DNA from: an uncultured Anaerolineales bacterium
GTDB taxonomy: Bacteria; Chloroflexota; Anaerolineae; B4-G1; SLSP01
Length of the DNA stretch: 40,080 bases
Direction of reading: 5' to 3'
Assembly: GCA_964650935.1 (NCBI GenBank)
Contig: CAZYYC010000006.1
Location: 1 to 40,080, forward strand
In this document: piece by piece, positions 11,824-21,266 of the stretch
Layout: each line of letters begins with the position of its first letter
Numbering within the stretch: the stretch's first letter is position 1
The notes under the pieces: model-generated
Databases searched by the model: none
The model's input: the letters and a program-made list of their open reading frames with translations, nothing else
What the model was told of the DNA's origin: nothing
Program-made: the position numbers and the translations under genes

Positions 11824-12303
11824 TTATCCAAAGAGCTTCTTGGTGAGTTGGGCGACGCGAATGCCCATCTCTCGAGCTTGGTCGAGTTGCTTCTCTCCGG
11901 GCTTGCCGACGGCGAAGGGGCCGAAGTGCGGGCCCTTCGTTGTGCCCTGGACGACCATGCCGCAGACGAGCATCGCGGTGATGATCGACATGTTGGTCAT
12001 CTCGTGACCGCAGCCGGCCCCGCCGGAGGTGGTGAAGGCGGCGCCGACCTTGCCCTCGAGCTGCCCGTAGACGGACTCGGTCTCGTCGAAGAGCGCCTTG
12101 ACCTCGGCAGCCATCTGCCCGAAATAGGTGGGCGAGCCGACGATGATCCCGTCGGCGTTCACCCAGTCCTCGACCGTGGTCTCCTGAAGGCGCTTGCGGA
12201 TGCACTCGACGCCTTCCACGCAGGTCACACCGTCGACTACGGCGTCGGCAAGGGCCTTAGTGTTGCCCGAGACGCTGAAGGTGGTTACCAGGATCCGTGT
12301 CAT
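11824..12303 (-). CDS. Flavodoxin-like / WrbA-type NAD(P)H-dependent FMN protein
   Basis: MTRILVTTFSVSGNTKALA..., GIIVGSPTYFGQMAAEVKALFD and GKVGAAFTTSGG fit the flavodoxin-fold FMN-binding pattern. 159 aa. Confidence 0.7.
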   Translation of the reverse strand: MTRILVTTFSVSGNTKALADAVVDGVTCVEGVECIRKRLQETTVEDWVNADGIIVGSPTYFGQMAAEVKALFDETESVYGQLEGKVGAAFTTSGGAGCGHEMTNMSIITAMLVCGMVVQGTTKGPHFGPFAVGKPGEKQLDQAREMGIRVAQLTKKLFG

Positions 12304-12315
12304 ATCATACCCTCC

Positions 12316-13134
12316 TTAGTCACTCCGCCAGAGCCCTTCGCGGAGGCTGGTGCCGTGCCCGCGGTAGAGATGCGGGTTCTCCAACCGGTGGTACACTTCG
12401 CGGATGGCGATGTCCGCCGCGGCGTCGAAGGTCTCGCGTCCGAACTCGGCGGTGGCATCCTGGGGCGCCATATGACCGCCGATGCCGATGAGGGTCTCGC
12501 CCTTGGGTGGGAGCAAGGTCAGGTCGACGGTGTCAGGGTGGAGCGCCATCACGTGCGAGGTCTCCCATCCGGCGGCGTGGTCGCCTGCATGGGGATAGGC
12601 TTGCTGGACAAGCAGGTAGTCGACGAAGGCCCAGGCCAGCATCCCGGCACGCTTGCTGTGCTCACGCTGATTGAACTGCAGCACCGCGGCGCGGGCGTGG
12701 TCGATGAGGGGGTAGTGCCCGGCGACGAGGACGCCGAGCTTGAAGCCCAGGCTCTCGGCCTCCGCCAGGATGTGGATGAGGAGCTTGTGGTAGTTGAGGG
12801 CTTGCTCGGTCGCCGAGAAGGGCTGGCGCTCGGGCAGGAAGTTGTCCGGAGAGAGCTCCATGCCGGCGGCGATGGCCTCGCGGTCGCCGGCGTTGGCCTC
12901 CATCAGGGCTTCCAGGCGGCTCTCGCCATAGTAGAGGGGTGGGAAGACCAGCCCGCCCCCCCGTTGGGCGCACATCAGGGCGAGGCCCTCGGCCTGCAGC
13001 GTATCAGCACCTACCGGGTTGTGAACGCCGTGCCACTCCAGGGTACCGATGGGGATGTAGGCGACGGGGCAGGCGTTGCGGCGCTCGACGATCTGAGCCG
13101 GACGCAGCATGTGATAGCGGACTTCGGGTGTCAT
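12316..13134 (-). CDS. Creatininase-family amidohydrolase
   Basis: IPIGTLEWHGVHNPVGADTL, VAGHYP and AGDHAAGWETS match the creatininase-family metal-ligand pattern. 272 aa. Confidence 0.8.
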   Translation of the reverse strand: MTPEVRYHMLRPAQIVERRNACPVAYIPIGTLEWHGVHNPVGADTLQAEGLALMCAQRGGGLVFPPLYYGESRLEALMEANAGDREAIAAGMELSPDNFLPERQPFSATEQALNYHKLLIHILAEAESLGFKLGVLVAGHYPLIDHARAAVLQFNQREHSKRAGMLAWAFVDYLLVQQAYPHAGDHAAGWETSHVMALHPDTVDLTLLPPKGETLIGIGGHMAPQDATAEFGRETFDAAADIAIREVYHRLENPHLYRGHGTSLREGLWRSD

Positions 13135-13220
13135 AGTGAACTCCTTTATCTCACCTTCCGGGTTGCCTGGAACGTTTCTTCCTGCGCAGGTGCCCGTGCT
13201 CAGTAACCCGGGAGGGACCG

Positions 13221-13997
13221 TTATGCGGTGCCCAGCGGATGGACCGGCGCCAGCTTCTCGATCAGGGCTGCATCCTCTTCGAGCTGGGCCAGACTGGTCA
13301 CGCCGATGGAGAGGCTGTGGACCGTGCCGAGGCCGAGCACGTAGTCGATGGCGCGCCGCACGTCGTGGGTCAGGGGCCCGCAGCCGAGCACCTTCATCGC
13401 GTAGATCGCCTTGCCGGCGTCATAGAGCTGCTTGATGACCGGGACGACCTCGTCGGGCCTGCCGTCCATGTTGACGCCGTCGTAGTTGATGCGGACGAGG
13501 ACGGTCTCTACCCAGGGGGTAGCCACCCCGGCGCGCAGCGCGCTCAGGCTGTGGCAGGAGAAGCCGACGCTGCGCACTTTGCCCGCCTCTTGAGCGCGGG
13601 TGAGCGCCGCCATCGGGCCCTCGAACTTCGTGGGCCAGTTGCCGTCACTGAGGCCGTGGAGCAGGACGATGTCGAGGACATCGGTCCCCAGCTCCTTGAG
13701 AAAGCGGTCGATCTCGCGCGATGTCGCTTTCTCCTTCTTGGCCGTCGTCTTGGTCGCGATCACCACCCGGTCGCGGGCGACGCGCTTGAGCGCTGCCGCG
13801 ACGTGCGGGTGCGAGCCATACTGATCGGCAGCATCCCAGAAATTGATCCCCAGGTCGAGGCCCTTCACCAGCAGGTCAGCAAGGCCTTCGATGCCCAGCG
13901 CGGTCTGCTCGGACCGTTTCGCCCAGCCGTGTGTCCCCGTGCCGATGGCCATGCGCGAGACGCGCAACCCGGTCTTGCCGAAATCAACACTATCCAT
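13221..13997 (-). CDS. Aldo/keto reductase
   Basis: FGKTGLRVSRMAIGTGTHGW, INFWDAADQYGSH and the later AKR-like blocks. I trimmed the track ORF (to 14087) to the ATG at 13997 (MDSVDF...), which has AAGGAGAG upstream. Confidence 0.8.
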   Translation of the reverse strand: MDSVDFGKTGLRVSRMAIGTGTHGWAKRSEQTALGIEGLADLLVKGLDLGINFWDAADQYGSHPHVAAALKRVARDRVVIATKTTAKKEKATSREIDRFLKELGTDVLDIVLLHGLSDGNWPTKFEGPMAALTRAQEAGKVRSVGFSCHSLSALRAGVATPWVETVLVRINYDGVNMDGRPDEVVPVIKQLYDAGKAIYAMKVLGCGPLTHDVRRAIDYVLGLGTVHSLSIGVTSLAQLEEDAALIEKLAPVHPLGTA

Positions 13998-14042
13998 TCG
14001 CTCTCTCCTTGATGGTCGGATAGGGGCCGACGTGCGGCTCAT

Positions 14043-14088
14043 CTTGCGAGGGTGTCCCGAGCCTGGCTCGGGCTCGCACCCTCGCAAG
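14043..14088 (-). terminator. Long imperfect GC hairpin between the RraA-like and AKR genes (terminator or processing/attenuation element)
   Basis: cttgcgagggtg (14043-14054) is the exact reverse complement of caccctcgcaag (14077-14088). An inner stem pairs cccgagcc (14056-14063) with ggctcggg (14065-14072). No U-tract. Confidence 0.35.
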
Positions 14089-14103
14089 GTGGGTGCGATG
14101 CCC

Positions 14104-14826
14104 TTAGGCGCGTCCCCACTTCTCGTAGGCGTCCTTGAAGGACATTCCGGCTGCCATATCCTCGCGCATACCCTGCTCGCGCCCCTCGATCTCCTCGGCC
14201 TTCTCGAGGACCTCCATCGCGATCTCCTGCGGGACGACGATGACGCCGTCAGGCCCGCCGACGATCCAGTCGCCGGGATGCACGGGTACCTGGCTGGTCA
14301 GGGTGCCGGGCATCGCGATGGTGACGTTGGTGTCGATGATCGACCAGCGCTTGTTCGACTCGATGGGTGAGGTGCCGCGAGCGCAGACGGTGTAGTCGGG
14401 GATGACCTCCAGGCCCAGCAGGTCGCGGATGTAGCCGTCGATCACGATGCCCTTGGCGCCCTTCTGCTGCAGGCTCCAGCTGGTCATCTCACCGAACTTG
14501 CCGGTGAAGGGCTCGCCGCCACCGTCGACCACGACCACACAGCCGGGGAAGATGACCTCGCCGGGCCGTTCCTTCTCTTTGCCCGCGGCCTTGGCCTTCT
14601 CGAAGTCGGCCTTCTTCTCCTCCTCCGTGCGGGGGTCGCGGGTGCCGCGCATCGTGACCGCCACGCCGGCGAGGTGCTGATGCGGGAAGAGAGGGCGTAT
14701 GCCCAGGTCGATACACTGGTCGCCATAGCCCATGGCATCCAGTGTGTCGTAGAGGTTGGCGATGCGGATCTTATCCCATCGTGCCTGAAGCTCCAGAATC
14801 GACGGTTGTTGGGTTTCCTCTGACAT
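14104..14826 (-). CDS. RraA-family protein (RraA / 4-hydroxy-4-methyl-2-oxoglutarate aldolase-like)
   Basis: ANLYDTLDAMG, GEMTSWSLQQKGAKGIVIDGYIRD and GDWIVGGPDGVIVVP fit the RraA/HMG-aldolase family. It carries a K/E-rich insertion (RTEEEKKADFEKAKAAGKEKER). Confidence 0.7.
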   Translation of the reverse strand: MSEETQQPSILELQARWDKIRIANLYDTLDAMGYGDQCIDLGIRPLFPHQHLAGVAVTMRGTRDPRTEEEKKADFEKAKAAGKEKERPGEVIFPGCVVVVDGGGEPFTGKFGEMTSWSLQQKGAKGIVIDGYIRDLLGLEVIPDYTVCARGTSPIESNKRWSIIDTNVTIAMPGTLTSQVPVHPGDWIVGGPDGVIVVPQEIAMEVLEKAEEIEGREQGMREDMAAGMSFKDAYEKWGRA

Positions 14827-14902
14827 GGTTGCCTCCTGTCGTGTCGAATGTTTCCGTTCTCCGGCTCGTCCCGATTGCGCTACAGACCATGCGTCGACGC
14901 TT

Positions 14903-15916
14903 CTAGCTTGCGAACTCCGCGTTGGCGCGTTCGAGAAGCGCCTTCATATAGCCGATGGAGAAGGCTGTACCGACGCGGTGGTCTTTGGCCATCAGCGGGA
15001 TGTGGTCGGCGATGGCGACTCCGTCGAACTCGACCTCGCGCAGCGCGCGCATGATTTTGTACATGTCCATATAGCCATCGTCGAGGAAGGTCTCGACGAA
15101 GTAGGGCAGCGGTTGGCTGACATTGCGGAAGTGGACCTTGAAGAGCTTGTCCTGCTCGCCGAAGTATTTGATCGTCTCAAAGACGTCTTTGCCCATCCAG
15201 TCGCCGCCCTCCAGCCAACAGCCGACGCAGAGGCAGATCCCGACGTTAGGGCTGTCGGCGATCTCCAGCGCCCGCTTGTAGCCCTCGAAGCTGCCGAAGA
15301 TGCAGCGCGGGATACCGCCGAGCTCGGGCACGGGTGGGTCATCCGGGTGGATGCCGATCTTGACGCCGGCCTCCTCCGCAACGGGAACAACCTGCTTGAT
15401 GAAGTACGCGAAGTTGTCCCAGATCTCGTCCTCGGAGTAGGTGCGCCCGTGAGTAAGGGGGGCCTCGAAGATCTCGCCGGCCCAGTGACCCTCACGAGCG
15501 GTCTCGAGGTTGAAGGCGCGGGCGGGGGCGCCGCCGCGCGTCGTCTCGCGCTCGGTGCTCCAGATGCCGTTGGCCATGTGGGCATAGGTCGTGTAGGGGA
15601 TCCCGGCCTTGCCCAGATTGCGCAGGTGCTGCTTGTACTCCTCAATCTTCTCGTCGCGGCCCGGCAGCCCCAGCGTGATCTTGGGCTGGTTGTGGACCGA
15701 GCTCGAGCCGAAGCCGTAGACCTTCAGCCCGTGCTCCGCGAAGAGATCGCGCCGGCTGGCGTAGTAGTCGTAGCCGGCGTGCTCACCATCGGTCCAGAGC
15801 ACGACGTAGTCGACGCCCATCTGCCGGATGAAGGCGAGATCATCCTCGGTGGGCTCGGGTCGGATCTGCGCTGCGATCTTGATGCCGGGTTCGATGTCAG
15901 GTCGGTCGATGAACAT
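14903..15916 (-). CDS. uxuA: Mannonate dehydratase (UxuA family, xylose-isomerase-like TIM barrel)
   Basis: UxuA-like blocks YTTYAHMANGIWST, VKIGIHPDDPP, GICLCVGCW and LFKVHFRNV. I trimmed the track ORF (to 15994) to the ATG at 15916 (MFIDRPD...), which has AAGGAGAC upstream. Confidence 0.75.
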   Translation of the reverse strand: MFIDRPDIEPGIKIAAQIRPEPTEDDLAFIRQMGVDYVVLWTDGEHAGYDYYASRRDLFAEHGLKVYGFGSSSVHNQPKITLGLPGRDEKIEEYKQHLRNLGKAGIPYTTYAHMANGIWSTERETTRGGAPARAFNLETAREGHWAGEIFEAPLTHGRTYSEDEIWDNFAYFIKQVVPVAEEAGVKIGIHPDDPPVPELGGIPRCIFGSFEGYKRALEIADSPNVGICLCVGCWLEGGDWMGKDVFETIKYFGEQDKLFKVHFRNVSQPLPYFVETFLDDGYMDMYKIMRALREVEFDGVAIADHIPLMAKDHRVGTAFSIGYMKALLERANAEFAS

Positions 15917-16111
15917 AAGTAGTGTCTCCTTGTTGGATACTGGATGCTTGGTTCTGTGTGTTCGTCTGGTCCATCTCCCAGCTATTGACGTCACCCTAGT
16001 CTTGCTTCGCTGACATCACGCGGGTCCGCGAAACACACCCTACCATTCTCTCGGTTCTGCACTAAGTCGCAAGTCCCTCGCCCCGGGTGTCGCGAATCGA
16101 GCCTCCGGGAT

Positions 16112-17221
16112 TTAGTATCCGGTACGCTGCCCGGTGACGAGTTCCCTTAGCACCTGCAGGTAGTCGAGTCCGAAGGCCTCGCCGGGCTCGATGGATGTAT
16201 CCTCGTGCCACTCGTTCCACGAGGTGATCATCACGATCCGTGCCGGTCCCGACGCGAGCCGCAGTGCATCCTGAAGCTGCGCCGCGAAGAGCTCGGGGCT
16301 CCTGGGGATGACGGGGTGGGCCGCCTCGGGGCGCACCGCCAGGTCATCGAAGCCCGGGATGACGCCGGGCACGAAGGCGACCTCCGCGCGCTCCGCGGTC
16401 TGCGCCCAGAGCTCGTAGCGTACGCGCACTTTGTCCTCGAAATCCGTTGCGATGCCGGCGACCGAGGTGTGCATGTTGTAGGCCGTGATGGCGTCGTAGG
16501 GGAGGATCCGGCTGGTGGAGGGCGCGTGCCAATAGACCTCGTCGCCGATCAGGAAGGGGTCGTGCCCCGTCTCGAGGGCAACCGCTGCGCGCACCTGGGT
16601 AAGCGCCTCGTCCACGTTGCCCGTGAAGGTGCGGGTCAGGTAGATGAAGAGGGCGGGACGCCCGTCGATGGTCAGGTAGTTGGGATGGCCGAAATAGGTC
16701 GTGGCGAGGTAGGCCCAGTCCTCACTCAGGCGCTCGACCAGCTGGTCATCCATCATCATCCTGTCCTGGTGCATGCCCAGAAGGGCAGGTGCCTCGTAGA
16801 GGATCGCGAAGCGGAAGGGATGACCCTCGAGGGCGCGCAGGAAGGGTCCTTGTGCGGCTCGATCCTCATAGCTATCGCGGCCCCACCAGCTCACGGCGAA
16901 GAAGTCGAGGCCATACGCCGATGCCCACGTGATATGCTGGTCGATGACCTCGATGTCCGTCGAGTCATACTCGCCGAGCTGTGGCATGCCGCGATATCCC
17001 TCGCGCCAATGGCGCCCGTCTGAGCCATACCAGGGGTAGTAGTAGGCTCCGACGAGAAGGGGGCTACCTGATGTGGCGGGCGATAGCGTCTCCGGCGTCG
17101 CGCTCGGCTGAGCTGCAGACATGGCCGGCGTCTCTGCAGGCGCCGGTGAGCTTGTAGACCCGCACGCACTCAGCGAGAGCAGGATGGCGAGGGCCACATG
17201 AGGGGTCTTGAGCCGTCTCAC
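16112..17221 (-). CDS. Secreted lipoprotein, GH99-like glycoside hydrolase (family assignment tentative)
   Basis: Signal peptide with lipobox LLSLSAC, followed by an S/P/A/T-rich linker. The catalytic-domain start LLVGAYYYPWYGSDGRHW and ...ITSWNEWHEDTSIEP resemble GH99-type domains. Confidence 0.55.
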   Translation of the reverse strand: MRRLKTPHVALAILLSLSACGSTSSPAPAETPAMSAAQPSATPETLSPATSGSPLLVGAYYYPWYGSDGRHWREGYRGMPQLGEYDSTDIEVIDQHITWASAYGLDFFAVSWWGRDSYEDRAAQGPFLRALEGHPFRFAILYEAPALLGMHQDRMMMDDQLVERLSEDWAYLATTYFGHPNYLTIDGRPALFIYLTRTFTGNVDEALTQVRAAVALETGHDPFLIGDEVYWHAPSTSRILPYDAITAYNMHTSVAGIATDFEDKVRVRYELWAQTAERAEVAFVPGVIPGFDDLAVRPEAAHPVIPRSPELFAAQLQDALRLASGPARIVMITSWNEWHEDTSIEPGEAFGLDYLQVLRELVTGQRTGY

Positions 17222-17373
17222 GATGCCGTGTGCTGTGTCAGCTTGGGCCGGCGTGCCCGATCGGCGCGCCGCACGATGTCTCTATACAGGATCATCACAT
17301 CGTCATTATGGCATCACCTGTGACCTCGTCAACCGCCCTCGTGGGAGTATACTCGCAGCGGAGGTGAACGCAT

Positions 17374-18489
17374 ATGAAGATCACGAAGCTGGAGACCCTA
17401 TTTGTCAAGCCGCGTTGGCTCTTCCTGAAGGTGCACACGGATGAGGGCATCGTGGGACTGGGCGAGCCCGTGGTTGAGGGCCGCGCGCAGACGGTCGCGG
17501 CAGCGGTTCAGGAGATCGGGCGCTACTTGATCGGTCAGGATCCACGGCGTATCGAGCACCACTGGCAGGCGATCTACCGCGGACAGTTCTACCGTGGTGG
17601 GCCGGTGTTGACGAGCGCCCTCTCAGGCATCGAGCAGGCGCTCTGGGATATCACCGGCAAGTGGTTGGGCGTACCTGTCTACCAGCTGCTGGGTGGTGCG
17701 GTGCGCGACCGCATCCGCATGTACGGCTGGCTGGGGGGTGAGACCTATGGCGACTACATCGAAAGCGCTAAGGTGAGCGCCGGACAGGGCTTCACGGCGC
17801 TCAAGATGGGCATCATCGGGGCGATGAACATCGTCGATACCCCCGCGGTGGTCGAGGAGAACGTGACGCGCTTCGCGATGATGCGTGAGGCGGTGGGCAA
17901 GGAGGTGGATATCGGCATCGACTTCCATGGGCGGGTGAGCCCGGCGATGGCAGTCCGGCTCGCGCGGGCGCTGGAGCCCTATGAGCCGATGTTCATCGAG
18001 GAGCCGGTACTGCCCGACAACGTCGATGTGATGGTGACGGTGGCGCGCAGCACGACGATCCCCATCGCGACGGGCGAGCGTCTCTTCACCAAGTGGGGCT
18101 TCCGCGAGGTCCTGGAGAAGCAGGCGGCGACGGTGTTGCAGCCGGATCTCTCCCATGCCGGCGGCATCCTGGAGTGCAAGAAGATCGCCGCGATGGGCGA
18201 GACCTACTTCGCCGCTGTGGCGCCGCATTGCCCGCTGGGGCCGATCGCGCTGGCGGCATGTCTGCAGTTGGATGCCTGCACGCCCAACTTCCTGGCGCAG
18301 GAGCATGTGACGCTGGGCGAAGGGTATCTCAAGGAGCCCTTCGTCATCCAGGGGGGCTATATCGACGTACCGACCGGGCCCGGGCTGGGGATCGAGCTCG
18401 ACGAGAAAGCGCTCGCCGACAAGTTCGATGACGGCTCGTGGGAGACGCCGCGCCTCTGGCACGCCGATGGGTCGGTGGCGGATTGGTGA
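17374..18489 (+). CDS. dgoD: D-galactonate dehydratase (enolase superfamily)
   Basis: The N-terminus MKITKLETLFVKPRWLFLKVHTDEGIVGLGEPVVEGRAQTVAAAVQEIGRYLIGQDPRRIEHHWQ closely parallels the DgoD sequence as I remember it. GGAGGTG lies 7 nt upstream of the ATG. Confidence 0.9.
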   Translation: MKITKLETLFVKPRWLFLKVHTDEGIVGLGEPVVEGRAQTVAAAVQEIGRYLIGQDPRRIEHHWQAIYRGQFYRGGPVLTSALSGIEQALWDITGKWLGVPVYQLLGGAVRDRIRMYGWLGGETYGDYIESAKVSAGQGFTALKMGIIGAMNIVDTPAVVEENVTRFAMMREAVGKEVDIGIDFHGRVSPAMAVRLARALEPYEPMFIEEPVLPDNVDVMVTVARSTTIPIATGERLFTKWGFREVLEKQAATVLQPDLSHAGGILECKKIAAMGETYFAAVAPHCPLGPIALAACLQLDACTPNFLAQEHVTLGEGYLKEPFVIQGGYIDVPTGPGLGIELDEKALADKFDDGSWETPRLWHADGSVADW

Positions 18490-18536
18490 GCAAGTAACGA
18501 GCAGTGACTGTTCGACACATAAGGAGGCTGTCCGCG

Positions 18537-19988
18537 ATGAGTTCAACCCGCCCGAACATCCTGTGGATCTGTACCGATCAGCAGCGCCATGATACGATCC
18601 GGGTGCTGGGGAACGCGCAAATCCGCACGCCGAACCTCGATCGGTTAGCCGACGAAGGCGTCGCGTTCCTGCGAGCCTACACCCAATGCCCCATCTGCAC
18701 GCCGAGCCGGGCGAGCTTTCTGACCGGCAGGTATCCGAGCACGATCCACGTCAACCGCAACGGCGACGGCTGGTTCCCGGAGCGTCCGGGGCTGATCACG
18801 CGGACGCTGCGCGACGTGGGGTACGACCTCGGCTTGGTGGGCAAGCTGCATCTCACGGCGGCGGATGGGCGCGTGGAGCAGATGCCCGAGGACCGCTACG
18901 GCTATCGCGTGCTCAAGTGGAGCCACCATCCGCAGCCGGAGTCCTTCTGGCCCACGGCGGAGCATGACTATCAGCAGTGGTTGGCGGATCAGGGCGTCGA
19001 CTGGGATACGGCGTACAACGCGGGTCTGGAGAGCGAGGCCGGACGCGCCTGGCACCTGCCCGGCTATTGTCGTCCGGGGATCGCTGCCGAGTATCATCAG
19101 ACGACCTGGTGTGCCGAGGAGGCCATCGCCTTTATGACCGAACCGCGCGAGGGGCCGTGGTTGATGAGCGTCAACCCCTTTGACCCGCACCCGGCGATCG
19201 ACCCTCCGCTCGCCTACCTTGAGCGGATGGACCCGGCCTCGGTGCCGCTGCCGCTCTTCCGGGAGGAGGAGCTGGAGGGCCAGCGCGCCTTCGGCGGCGT
19301 TGACTTCCAGACGGAGACACCGATCTCTCCCCACAGCTACGACGCCCGGCGGATGGTCGCCGCCTACTACGCGCAGATCGAGCTGATCGACGACCAGGTG
19401 GGGCGGATGTTGGACGCCCTCCAGGCGAGTGGTCAGCGCGAGAACACCCTCGTGATCTTCACCAGCGATCACGGCGAGACGTTGGGTGATCATGGGCTTC
19501 TATGGAAGGGCTGCCGTTTCTACGAGAGTCTGGTCCATGTGCCGCTGATCCTCTCGTGGCCCGGACACTTCGAAGCGGGGCTGCGCAGCAACGCGTTGGT
19601 AGAGCTGACCGACCTCGTGCCCACGCTGCTCGACGCCGCCGGCATGCCGATCCCGCCCCACGTGCAGGGGCGTTCGCTGATGCCGATCCTCACCGGGACG
19701 GCGAGTCCCGACGCGCATCGCGACTTTGTGCGCAGCGAGTACCACGATGCGCTCGATCGGCGCTTCGCCAGCCACGCTAATATGCTGCGGGATGATCGTT
19801 ATAAGCTGGTGGTCTATCACGGGCAGGAGGTGGGCGAGCTCTATGATCTGCAGGAGGATCCGGACGAGTTCGAGAACCTGTGGGATGCGCCTGAGCTGGA
19901 GGGGGTGAAGCTTGCGCTGATGAAGCAGCTCTTCGACGCGGTGATGCAGGGCGTGGATGAGGGGCTGACGCGGGTGGGGCGCTATTAG
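18537..19988 (+). CDS. Cys-type sulfatase (arylsulfatase A family), no signal peptide
   Basis: PNILWICTDQQRHD, the formylglycine motif CTPSRASFLTGR, and TSDHGE. I chose the ATG at 18537 (AAGGAGG 10 nt upstream) rather than the track start at 18504. Confidence 0.85.
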   Translation: MSSTRPNILWICTDQQRHDTIRVLGNAQIRTPNLDRLADEGVAFLRAYTQCPICTPSRASFLTGRYPSTIHVNRNGDGWFPERPGLITRTLRDVGYDLGLVGKLHLTAADGRVEQMPEDRYGYRVLKWSHHPQPESFWPTAEHDYQQWLADQGVDWDTAYNAGLESEAGRAWHLPGYCRPGIAAEYHQTTWCAEEAIAFMTEPREGPWLMSVNPFDPHPAIDPPLAYLERMDPASVPLPLFREEELEGQRAFGGVDFQTETPISPHSYDARRMVAAYYAQIELIDDQVGRMLDALQASGQRENTLVIFTSDHGETLGDHGLLWKGCRFYESLVHVPLILSWPGHFEAGLRSNALVELTDLVPTLLDAAGMPIPPHVQGRSLMPILTGTASPDAHRDFVRSEYHDALDRRFASHANMLRDDRYKLVVYHGQEVGELYDLQEDPDEFENLWDAPELEGVKLALMKQLFDAVMQGVDEGLTRVGRY

Positions 19989-20104
19989 CCGGATGGTGCT
20001 GCCTGGGGAATCCGGCTGCGGGCGAAGCGGCTTGCTGAGATCGTCGAGTTGACTTATGCTGGGGCCCGATGGCAGTGAAGAACACGATGAGGAGATGCGG
20101 ACAG

Positions 20105-21262
20105 ATGGGAGATTCCACACTGGCCTACGATATTACGAAGGATGATCTGAGCGCCTTTGACGGTAAGGGGCCGGCCTTCGTCACCTTCGGCGAGGTGATG
20201 GTGCGCGATACGCCGGCGGACAACGAGCGCCCCGAGCGAACCCGAACGGTCCACCTGTCGATGGCGGGCAGCGAGTACACGCTGGCGATGGGGCTATCGC
20301 GCTTCGGCATCCCCGCGGGTTTCGTGACCCGCGTACCGGCGAATCCCTACGGTTTGATGGTGCGCAACACCGCCCGCGAGAACGGGATGAACACCGACCA
20401 CTTCGTCTGGGCGCCCAAGACCGAGCCGATCGGCAGGTTCATCTACGAGATCGGTCGGACGCCGCGCAAGAACACCGGTGTCTACCAGCGGGCTTACTCG
20501 GCGGCATCGCGGTTGGACGCGGGGATGGTGAACTGGGCTGCGGCGCTCCACAATTGCACGCTTTTCCACACCTCAGGCATCAGCTTCGGATTGGCTCCGC
20601 ACAGCGGCTATGCCCACAATGGGTTGCTCGCCGCTTTCGAGGAAGCGGTCGGGCAGAAGCCGGCGGACTGTCTGGTCGGACTGGACTTCAACTACCGCGG
20701 GACCCTCTGGGGCGTCGAGGAGGCCCGCACGGTGATGACGCCGATCCTAACCGACCACGTCGACGTGCTGATCACGTCGATCGAGGATATGGCCCTGATC
20801 TACGGAATGGACTGTGGTCAGTACTCGGCGCAGCAGATCGTCGACGGCGACATCGGGCACATTGATGATGAGGACATCCAGGCGTTCGCGGCCCAGATCC
20901 ACGCGCGCTTCAACACCAAAATCGTCGCGATCACGATCCGCTACCCCGACACCTTCGAGCAGCACCGTTGGGAGTCGGCGGCGGCGGACGCCGAGGGCGC
21001 CCTCTACCGCTCACCGGCGGTCAAGCCGATCACGCTCTGGGACCGGCTGGGCGGTGGCGACACCTGGAACGCGGGCTTCTACTACGGCCTGCTTACGGAG
21101 GGCTTCACGGCAGCCGGCATCGAGAAGGGGGTCCTGGTCGGTGACGCGGCGACGCGGATCAAGCAGACGCTGATGTTTGACCTGCCGATCGTCAATAAGG
21201 ATGAGGTGCAGGCGTTGATGAAGGCCGATGTGCTCGGCGGCGGCAAGCGAACCGCGAGGTGA
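20105..21262 (+). CDS. PfkB-family sugar kinase (2-keto-3-deoxy-gluconate/galactonate kinase-like)
   Basis: N-terminal FVTFGEVMVR and GSEYTLAMGL, and C-terminal DRLGGGDTWNAGFYYGLL (PfkB anion-hole motif). The start is uncertain: in-frame candidates are the track start at 20069 (ATG) and the internal ATGs at 20087 and 20105. I chose 20105, which has GGAG 9 nt upstream. Confidence 0.75.
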   Translation: MGDSTLAYDITKDDLSAFDGKGPAFVTFGEVMVRDTPADNERPERTRTVHLSMAGSEYTLAMGLSRFGIPAGFVTRVPANPYGLMVRNTARENGMNTDHFVWAPKTEPIGRFIYEIGRTPRKNTGVYQRAYSAASRLDAGMVNWAAALHNCTLFHTSGISFGLAPHSGYAHNGLLAAFEEAVGQKPADCLVGLDFNYRGTLWGVEEARTVMTPILTDHVDVLITSIEDMALIYGMDCGQYSAQQIVDGDIGHIDDEDIQAFAAQIHARFNTKIVAITIRYPDTFEQHRWESAAADAEGALYRSPAVKPITLWDRLGGGDTWNAGFYYGLLTEGFTAAGIEKGVLVGDAATRIKQTLMFDLPIVNKDEVQALMKADVLGGGKRTAR

Positions 21263-21266
21263 TCCA

